From IMG/VR virus record IMGVR_UViG_3300020020_000024: 64,000 nucleotides of DNA. One strand, 5' to 3'. Of the stretch, positions 57,413-64,000 are shown one piece after another. The position numbers and the translations under genes were made by a program. Below the pieces are notes generated by a model. That model was not told the DNA's origin and made no database searches. It worked only from the letters and a program-made list of their open reading frames with translations. Within the stretch, counting starts at the first letter, position 1; every line of letters begins with the position of its first letter. The DNA is from an uncultured virus (IMG/VR IMGVR_UViG_3300020020_000024). Lineage: Duplodnaviria > Heunggongvirae > Uroviricota > Caudoviricetes.

Positions 57413-58117
57413 TTATACGTTAGTGCGGATCGCAGCAAGGATAGCCCCATCCTGGCCTACGAATTTCTTTATATAGGCTCTTGTTTCTTCAACCTTTAAT
57501 TTGCTTACGATTGTAGCGGTATCTGCATTTTTGAGACCAGCAAGAATAATTTCTTTAGTGTAGTTTCCGTATCCACGATTATATAAAATAATAACGTGAT
57601 CGAGTTTGTAATCACCGAAATCCTTTTTGGTTTTTGCCATCAGTTGGGCAAGGTGCATTGTGCCCATCCATATACTGAATTCAGGGATCAGTAGTGATTC
57701 ATATATTTTCTTTTTCCAGGACAAAGTAAGTAGCGGAACAAAGCCACCAATCTTTAAAAAGTCGGGAAGGTATTTTTGAATAATACTTGCTTCTGCCGGT
57801 TTCAGACTTGCTGCCTGGTCTTTTATTGTTTGGTATGCAGTAGCAACTTGCATTTGCATGAGACCATAAGAACATCCATAATTTGATTTGTCTAGTGTGG
57901 AGCAGCCATAGCTTATAGCTTTGGGATCTAGTGCAGTATTTTCAATGATCATGAAACCAACAACAAAGTTTTTGTCAATACCAACTGTATCAGCTGCTGC
58001 CCTGATTACTGACCCATAGTTTGTTTTGATTTTATTTGCTGCTACAACGGCATCCCTGCTGAAAGTATCTGAATACTTTTCGTTGATCATTGGGAATTGA
58101 ATATAATTAGTTGCCAT
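57413..58117 (-). CDS. SLT-family lytic transglycosylase
   Basis: MIIEN (catalytic E), YGLMQM, YNRGYG, ETRAYI. Confidence 0.8.
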   Translation of the reverse strand: MATNYIQFPMINEKYSDTFSRDAVVAANKIKTNYGSVIRAAADTVGIDKNFVVGFMIIENTALDPKAISYGCSTLDKSNYGCSYGLMQMQVATAYQTIKDQAASLKPAEASIIQKYLPDFLKIGGFVPLLTLSWKKKIYESLLIPEFSIWMGTMHLAQLMAKTKKDFGDYKLDHVIILYNRGYGNYTKEIILAGLKNADTATIVSKLKVEETRAYIKKFVGQDGAILAAIRTNV

Positions 58118-58119
58118 GA

Positions 58120-58260
58120 TTATTCTATTCCTTTTGTGTTTCTTAATTCTGCTCTATCTTCTTCTGAAAGTTTGTTTGGTCTGCGGATAAAGAAGTACCA
58201 TCCAGCAACGCCGCCTAAAACCAAGACGGAACTAATGATGATCGCTACCTTAATTTTCAT
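58120..58260 (-). CDS. small N-anchored membrane protein
   Basis: MKIKVAIIISSVLVLGGVAGWYFFIRR. Confidence 0.65.
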   Translation of the reverse strand: MKIKVAIIISSVLVLGGVAGWYFFIRRPNKLSEEDRAELRNTKGIE

Positions 58261-58369
58261 ATAAAATGTGTGGATGCGGCTAAAAATAAGTAAAAAAAAT
58301 TGAAGCCAGCAACTGTTATTTGCCAGAGTTGGTGGCAAATAATAATTCAATGTTTAATCCGTCAATCTT

Positions 58370-58845
58370 TATATTAGTTCCTTGATTTGGGTAAAGGAAG
58401 TAATGCTTCTTTTAAGGAACAACAAACGGATGTCTTTGCAGTAGGCATCCGTTCTCCTTTTAAAAATCAAAAACAATTGTATCTTTATTGCGCTAACTTT
58501 TTTTAAAGTTGGCTTTTTCTGTTATAATATCATAATAATATTTTTAACTCTCTCATTGGACATACCTGTTGTTATAAGCAGCCTCTTTATTAGGGGCTGT
58601 TTCTTTTTTATTATATTTACCTCGTAGTTTTTCATAGGATATTGAACATAACCAGGATCACCTGCCATTTTTATGGTGGGTGATTTTTTATAACTACAAC
58701 TTTTTAAAAATATTTTTTACAAGATTTGGGTAATTTCTATATAACTTAGGATTGTAATTCTTCCTCAAACTTGCCATAGTTTAGATTAATTACATCGTCC
58801 TGAAATTATAAACCCCCGATTTCCATCGAGGGTTTTGTTTTATAT
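58370..58845 (+). ncRNA. array of four candidate small RNAs / terminator units
   Basis: Four hairpins with + strand T-tracts (58425-58453, 58576-58602, 58657-58684, 58810-58835) in an ORF-free gap between minus-strand genes. Confidence 0.4.
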
Positions 58846-58862
58846 ACCGTCCAAGTATAATA

Positions 58863-59387
58863 TTATTTCACCTGATAAATAACAGCGTTCTTGAAAGTGT
58901 AAGTGTTTGATGCCTGACCTGAGATGAATGTAAGTTCTATTCTTTGTTGTGTGGTAGTGTTGACTGCGACTGTTGCAGCAGTTGGACTGATGATCGGCGC
59001 TATCGCTTGTTTATCTCCAAATAAAGAACCAATAGCAGTTCCACCTGCCCCAATTGATCTTATGGTAATCAAACCACGAAAGAACGAAGGCACCGCAGTA
59101 GTTCCTACCGATCCGGTAAGTGACGCCGCAATGTTTCCTGTAAGAGTTGTATTGCCGATCCTGATCCTGATAGTCGGGGTTGCTGCGTTCGTTCCCGCTT
59201 GTATGCAGTATGCTTCAATTGCAAATGTTGAACCTACTGCAAGTTCACCCACAGCAGCTATATAAGAAACAACAACTGTTTCGGTATTAGCAATAGCAGC
59301 ATCAGCATTAAGAATGCCTCTGCCTCCAACCTCTCCAAAGGTTGCAATTCTATTTGATCCTGTTCCTTTCGGGCCTAAAAAATCCAT
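58863..59387 (-). CDS. beta-rich structural/fibre-associated protein
   Basis: Ala/Thr/Gly-rich with a beta-sandwich pattern. Confidence 0.6.
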   Translation of the reverse strand: MDFLGPKGTGSNRIATFGEVGGRGILNADAAIANTETVVVSYIAAVGELAVGSTFAIEAYCIQAGTNAATPTIRIRIGNTTLTGNIAASLTGSVGTTAVPSFFRGLITIRSIGAGGTAIGSLFGDKQAIAPIISPTAATVAVNTTTQQRIELTFISGQASNTYTFKNAVIYQVK

Positions 59388-59388
59388 A

Positions 59389-60465
59389 TTATCCGATTAT
59401 AATTACTAGGTAAGTATTTGATGCCGGAGCGACAGCAAATGTAATCGTAACCGCATTGACGCTATTACGAACCACATCAGCGTAAACCTCTGCATGTGTA
59501 GAAGCATCTCTTATAGATACAGCGACATCTCTTGTGTTTAAGTTATGCGTACAAACTATTGCAGTAGCTACGCCGTCTCCAATAGAAAATGTTTTCTTCT
59601 GTGTAAAATTTGCAAGGCCAGCAGGAGTCACGGCCCTGGTTGCATCTGATTTCGCTTCTACCTCAGCTTGTGTTGCAAGTTCAACTATCCCTTGTGTCGT
59701 TAATGTTGCGGTGTCAACATTTGCTTGAACTACTACCCAATTAGCACCAACACCAGCATGAGTGCCAGCAGCAGATGAATCCGTAATACAATACAATGTA
59801 TCACCAGCAGTAACATCAACACCTGATGCGCCACCGATTTTACCAGCTACTGTTACCTTGTAAACATGACCAGCATTAGCAGCAGGGTAATTAGGGTTTG
59901 CGCTACAATCAATACCGCCTTTGAATACTAGCGCATCGTTTGCATTGAGTAAGGCATCGATGTATGCCTTAACCGCTTTTTGTGTTGCGAATCTTGCATC
60001 GCTGTTTGCAGTCAATGCTACATCAGTATCGGCAACGTTAGCTGCCAGCATAGCAATAGTCAAATTACTGATCGTGTTATTTGAAGCATTGATCGTTTTA
60101 TTTGTCAATGGTTCGGCCCCTGCTGGTGTTATGTAATCTGTACCAGCAACAGCAGCAGCAACAATACCAGCAGCAATCTTTACAATACCTGCGGTTGTAT
60201 ATGCGGAGATTGTTTTATTAGCACCACCAGCAACTATTAATTCACCGGCACCACCAGCGTTTACGGCTCTTGTAACTGCGTTAACGACGCCAGCACCTAA
60301 ATAGATCCATGTAGTATCCTGGTAGCAACCAAACTGTTTTAGTGTAGTATCATAATAAACCAAGCCTTCTATTGGAGAACCTGGTGCAGCAGGAAGATTT
60401 TGTATAACTGCGTTTAGTAATTCTGTTCTTGTTAAATCGATTCCATTTAAAAACGATGCTGACAT
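59389..60465 (-). CDS. fibre-like structural protein
   Basis: LTNKTI, ATQKAVKAY, GIVELATQAE and THNLNTRDV motifs typical of phage fibres. Confidence 0.7.
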   Translation of the reverse strand: MSASFLNGIDLTRTELLNAVIQNLPAAPGSPIEGLVYYDTTLKQFGCYQDTTWIYLGAGVVNAVTRAVNAGGAGELIVAGGANKTISAYTTAGIVKIAAGIVAAAVAGTDYITPAGAEPLTNKTINASNNTISNLTIAMLAANVADTDVALTANSDARFATQKAVKAYIDALLNANDALVFKGGIDCSANPNYPAANAGHVYKVTVAGKIGGASGVDVTAGDTLYCITDSSAAGTHAGVGANWVVVQANVDTATLTTQGIVELATQAEVEAKSDATRAVTPAGLANFTQKKTFSIGDGVATAIVCTHNLNTRDVAVSIRDASTHAEVYADVVRNSVNAVTITFAVAPASNTYLVIIIG

Positions 60466-60492
60466 AATATTGGATTTTAATAGTAAAAAAAA

Positions 60493-60945
60493 TTAACCTA
60501 AATATACTTTACCGCTAAATGCGGCACGAAATATAACTGTGATAGAGTTTGGATTAACGTATTCAACATCACCATAAACCTTTCTGCCGGTACTATCAAC
60601 AATTGTTACACTAGGAAAATAATTTAAGTTGTGATTAATATTCCAGGTTGTTGCTGGCACTCCTTGTGTATGAGTATAAGTGCCACCACCCGAACTGCCT
60701 GGATCACCTTTTAAATCAATTAATGCAACAAGATCATTCCAGTTTACATCGCCAATATATCTCCATTGAATATGAGTTGATGATTTTTGAAGATCTACTT
60801 CTCTGCCATCTGATCCTGGAACTGAATTTCGATTTCCGATATTTCTTAACCAATCAAAGGCAAATAAATCAGTCCAGTCATCACTTTCACCACCACTCCA
60901 TTGGATATGAGTTGGCGTGATTCTTAATTTTATATCCTGTGGCAT
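60493..60945 (-). CDS. fibre-associated protein (THIQW repeats, collagen-like LKGDPG, HNLN domain)
   Basis: Two THIQW...WxDL repeats; WNINHNLNYFPSVTIVDSTG. Confidence 0.65.
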   Translation of the reverse strand: MPQDIKLRITPTHIQWSGGESDDWTDLFAFDWLRNIGNRNSVPGSDGREVDLQKSSTHIQWRYIGDVNWNDLVALIDLKGDPGSSGGGTYTHTQGVPATTWNINHNLNYFPSVTIVDSTGRKVYGDVEYVNPNSITVIFRAAFSGKVYLG

Positions 60946-61076
60946 TGCGGTTAGCTGGTAAATAACGGGGGAGTATATATCCGAAATATATAAAAAAAAC
61001 GTGACAACATTCTTCTTTTATGATAAATGCCTGTAAATTCATGTAGTCAATCCAATTAATCACCTAATAATCAATC

Positions 61077-61346
61077 ATGAGAAAGTTTATAGCATCAGCA
61101 ATTTTGCTATCCCTTTTCTCAGTAGCGATGGTGGGCAATTGTTTTGCTTATAGTTTTTCGGTTGAAAAAGTATTGGTAATAAAAAAGCAGATTACTGCTG
61201 AGGCAATCGCTGAACCAATGTTTTTCTATACAAAGCCGATGAACAAGCACGAACAAAGGAAGTACCATCTTGCAGCCGGAGTAAACCAAAGGGTTGAAAC
61301 TCGCTGCAACAGTCCTACTGAAAGGCATTTGCAAAATTCATATTAA
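61077..61346 (+). CDS. small secreted protein
   Basis: Signal peptide; followed by a hairpin at about 61374-61403. Confidence 0.5.
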   Translation: MRKFIASAILLSLFSVAMVGNCFAYSFSVEKVLVIKKQITAEAIAEPMFFYTKPMNKHEQRKYHLAAGVNQRVETRCNSPTERHLQNSY

Positions 61347-61429
61347 AAAAATGTAGTAAAGAAAAAACAACTGATCCCTGCTTACCTGCGGGGATTTGTT
61401 TTTATTGATTATCCGAAATTAATTTTCCC

Positions 61430-61437
61430 TACATTTG
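61430..61437 (+). promoter_or_regulatory. Bacteroidota -7 element TACATTTG
   Basis: 27 nt upstream of the methyltransferase ATG. Confidence 0.6.
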
Positions 61438-61464
61438 AAACCGACATAAATACCACCTTCGTTC

Positions 61465-63984
61465 ATGATTAAGATACTGCACGGTAAAATGGAAATCAGA
61501 CTAAAAGAATTTCCAGATAATTATTTTGATAGTGTTGTTACAGATTCTCCGTATGGTCTCGGTGAAGAACCAAATGTAATTGAAGTATTAAGAGACTGGC
61601 TCGATCATGGTTATCACGAAGTAAAAAATAACGGTGGATTCATGAATGCTGAGTGGGATAAATTTGTTCCGCAACCAAACGCATGGAAAGAAGTTTACAG
61701 AGTGCTTAAACCAGGTGGCCACTTAGTTACGTTCGCAGGCACACGGACATATGATTGGATGGTTATGAGTTTGAGGATCGCAGGATTTGAAATAAGAGAT
61801 CAGTTGGATTGGTTGTATGGATGTTTAAGTAATGATACGGAAGTGCTTACTGAAAAAGGATGGATTTCTTATAAAAATCTTAACACAATTGACTATGATA
61901 AGATAATGTGTTATGATATTTTGGACGACAGTATCCATTTTGAAAGACCACAAAAATGGAATGAATACCAAATCAAAGATACCTGTTACCGAATACAATC
62001 TGATAGTACAGACCAAATCGTCACCAGAAATCATCGTTGCCTTATTGAACGAAAAGGAAAGCTATTATTTGAGTTTGCTGAGAAAGCCGCACGGGAACAA
62101 CAAGCGAATATACCCATTCTGGAAAGCATGTCGTGTTTGCGGGAAACCTTTTATGACTCATACCAAAGAACAAGCAAGCAGAAACAAATGTTGTTCAAGG
62201 AAATGCCAGACAGCAATTTTAATAAACCGGAGAAAACGTGCAGTAAAATATTTAATAGAGAAAAAATGCGCTGTTTGTGGGGAAAGATACAAAGCAAGAC
62301 AAGACAGGGAATCAAAATATTGTTCTGCAACATGCAATGGAAAAGTACAAGCATTGGGCTTAATAAAACATTCTCACAAGGGTCATTTGAGTTGGACAAA
62401 AGAAACAAAGTTGAAATTCAAGAAAAGAATGAAGGGGGCTTCAAATCCATCTTGGAAAGGGGGCGTAACATATCGAAACAGGAAAGGTGTTTACCGTCAA
62501 TGGAAGATAAAATATATAAAGTGTCCAGTAGAATACGCATCAATGAGCAGGAAAGACGGGTATATAACGGAGTACAGATTGAAAGTGGCGCAACAACTAC
62601 GACGAGTATTAACAAGAATAGAGGTTGTTCATCATATAGATCACAATCCAGAGAACAACGATATAGCGAATCTGATGTTATTCAAAAACAATGCAGATCA
62701 CAAGAAATACGAAGCGGGGTACGATATAAAACCACTCTGGCAACCATCACTCCATTTGAATATAGCGGCATAGTTTTTTGTCCTACTGTATCTACTGGTG
62801 CTTTTGTAGCAAGAAGAAATGGAATGATTTTTATAACCGGAAATTCAGGATTTCCAAAATCACTCAACGTAAGTAAAGCTATTGATGCAAAATTCGGTGC
62901 TGAAAGAGAAGTGATCGGTAAAAGAAAACATCCTACTTTAAAAAATCCGGAAAAAATAATGGAAAGTAAAAGTGCTGTTCATACGCTTGCTGATACTTGG
63001 CAACGTGAATGGCCTATTACTGCAGCCGCCACAGATGAAGCAAAGAAATGGCAGGGATGGGGAACGGCATTGAAGCCCGGGCACGAACCGATATGTCTTG
63101 CAAGAAAACCATTATCAGAAAAAAACATTGCTGAAAATATTTTGAAATGGGGAACAGGCGCTATCAATATTGATGAAAGTAGAATCGGATTTGCAGATGA
63201 TGAAGATAAGGATAGTGCAGTATGGGGCAGAGGCACTGATATTGGTGGTGGAAATTTTGTTGGTTCTACTAAGTCATCAGGCAAAACAAATGTAGAACCT
63301 AATAAAGCAGGGCGATGGCCGGCAAATGTGATTCTTAGTCATCATCAAAATTGTGTTGATGAAATTCAAGAATGGAAATGCGTTGATGATTGTCCGATTA
63401 AAATTCTTAATGATCAAGCACCATCTACTGGCGCTGTTTCAATGATCAAAAAAGGCAGCTACGGTGTGAGCCAAAACACATACAACGATTACGCATACAA
63501 AGGTGATGATGGAAGAACATTCAGGGGTGATATTACCGGGGCCAGCAGATTCTTTTATTGTGCGAAGGCAGATACACAGGAAAGGAATATGGGGCTTGAT
63601 AAAGACAAGTATAAAAAAATAATCAATCATGGCATTCATGATACTTGTGAAATATGCGGAGGAAGAATATTCCAGGCCCAGGGTTTTCCTGGAACTTGTA
63701 TTTGTGATGAACCAACAAGGCAAGGGAAAATAGTTAAAGGGAATTTTCATCCAACTGTAAAGCCTGTTGCCCTCATGCAATGGTTAGTAAATTTAATAAC
63801 TCCTATCAACGGAAAAGTTCTCGATCCGTTTAATGGAACTGGTTCAACCGGGATCGCTTGTAAGATTGATGATTTTGAATATATAGGGATTGAACAAGAA
63901 AAAGTTTTCTGTGATATCAGCGTGGATAGAATAAATGGCTGGATATATCAAAAAAAGAATTTAGTAGGTGATATGTTTGATTAA
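61465..63984 (+). CDS. N4/N6 DNA methyltransferase containing an intein
   Basis: VTDSPYG, LKPGGHL, WLYG|SGFPKS, ALKPGHEPI, HPTVKP, VLDPFNGTGSTG. Confidence 0.9.
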   Translation: MIKILHGKMEIRLKEFPDNYFDSVVTDSPYGLGEEPNVIEVLRDWLDHGYHEVKNNGGFMNAEWDKFVPQPNAWKEVYRVLKPGGHLVTFAGTRTYDWMVMSLRIAGFEIRDQLDWLYGCLSNDTEVLTEKGWISYKNLNTIDYDKIMCYDILDDSIHFERPQKWNEYQIKDTCYRIQSDSTDQIVTRNHRCLIERKGKLLFEFAEKAAREQQANIPILESMSCLRETFYDSYQRTSKQKQMLFKEMPDSNFNKPEKTCSKIFNREKMRCLWGKIQSKTRQGIKILFCNMQWKSTSIGLNKTFSQGSFELDKRNKVEIQEKNEGGFKSILERGRNISKQERCLPSMEDKIYKVSSRIRINEQERRVYNGVQIESGATTTTSINKNRGCSSYRSQSREQRYSESDVIQKQCRSQEIRSGVRYKTTLATITPFEYSGIVFCPTVSTGAFVARRNGMIFITGNSGFPKSLNVSKAIDAKFGAEREVIGKRKHPTLKNPEKIMESKSAVHTLADTWQREWPITAAATDEAKKWQGWGTALKPGHEPICLARKPLSEKNIAENILKWGTGAINIDESRIGFADDEDKDSAVWGRGTDIGGGNFVGSTKSSGKTNVEPNKAGRWPANVILSHHQNCVDEIQEWKCVDDCPIKILNDQAPSTGAVSMIKKGSYGVSQNTYNDYAYKGDDGRTFRGDITGASRFFYCAKADTQERNMGLDKDKYKKIINHGIHDTCEICGGRIFQAQGFPGTCICDEPTRQGKIVKGNFHPTVKPVALMQWLVNLITPINGKVLDPFNGTGSTGIACKIDDFEYIGIEQEKVFCDISVDRINGWIYQKKNLVGDMFD
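61822..62844 (+). mobile_element. intein (341 aa)
   Basis: Block A CLSNDTEVLTEKGW, block B VTRNHR, blocks F/G YSGIVFCPTV...FITGN followed by Ser+1. Removal restores WLYGSGFPKS. Confidence 0.92.
61913..62773 (+). CDS. HNH homing endonuclease with Zn-ribbon repeats, +1 frame inside intein
   Basis: CRVCGKPF..CCSRKC, CAVCG..YCSATC, NPSWKGG, GYITEYRL, EVVHHIDHNPENNDIANL. Confidence 0.85.
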   Translation: MIFWTTVSILKDHKNGMNTKSKIPVTEYNLIVQTKSSPEIIVALLNEKESYYLSLLRKPHGNNKRIYPFWKACRVCGKPFMTHTKEQASRNKCCSRKCQTAILINRRKRAVKYLIEKKCAVCGERYKARQDRESKYCSATCNGKVQALGLIKHSHKGHLSWTKETKLKFKKRMKGASNPSWKGGVTYRNRKGVYRQWKIKYIKCPVEYASMSRKDGYITEYRLKVAQQLRRVLTRIEVVHHIDHNPENNDIANLMLFKNNADHKKYEAGYDIKPLWQPSLHLNIAA

Positions 63985-64000
63985 TATGAAATATAAAGTT

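Noticed and set aside
58370..58845. tRNA or CRISPR interpretation of the hairpin array
   Set aside because: No cloverleaf or T-loop consensus, and the hairpins differ in sequence.
1..64000. Eukaryotic giant virus or alternative genetic code
   Set aside because: Bacteroidota promoters, a sigma factor, peptidoglycan enzymes and overlapping operons indicate a bacterial virus; ORFs tile densely under the standard code.
1..64000. Integrase, att sites, rRNA or tRNA genes
   Set aside because: None recognised in the window, so lifestyle and genome ends cannot be determined.

Overview
The window is almost certainly part of a bacteriophage or provirus genome infecting a Bacteroidota host. Evidence for the host: TAnnTTTG -7 promoters, A-rich leaders without Shine-Dalgarno sites, a Bacteroidetes-type ECF sigma factor and a tandem DUF1599 protein. 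(1) Bases 1-21.3 kb (+) form a morphogenesis operon that does not look like a tailed phage; I see no terminase, portal, HK97 capsid or tape measure. It has an FtsK/HerA (A32/P9-like) packaging ATPase, a 225-aa beta-rich putative major capsid protein with paralogues, an HExxH metalloprotease, about 20 single-pass membrane proteins, spike/fibre proteins and membrane-anchored cell-wall enzymes. This suggests a large tailless virus with an internal membrane. (2) Bases 21.2-57.3 kb (-) hold replication, regulation and DNA/nucleotide-modification genes: initiator, HerA-like ATPase, sliding clamp, minimal PolB-like protein, ThyX, MazG-like proteins, DNA methyltransferases, glycosyltransferases and many ORFans. 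(3) Bases 57.4-61 kb carry a second small structural/lysis island and a hairpin array. (4) Bases 61.5-64 kb encode an intein-containing methyltransferase. Highlights: a shared [FYHM]-x-N-[hydrophobic] motif in many virion proteins next to a protease; displaced paralogues of the capsid protein and protease; an HNH nuclease overprinted in the +1 frame inside an intein; an overprinted ORF inside the C5 methyltransferase; a minimal PolB plus basic partner; and candidate small RNAs antisense to start-codon regions. All family calls come from motif recognition by eye; no database searches were run.
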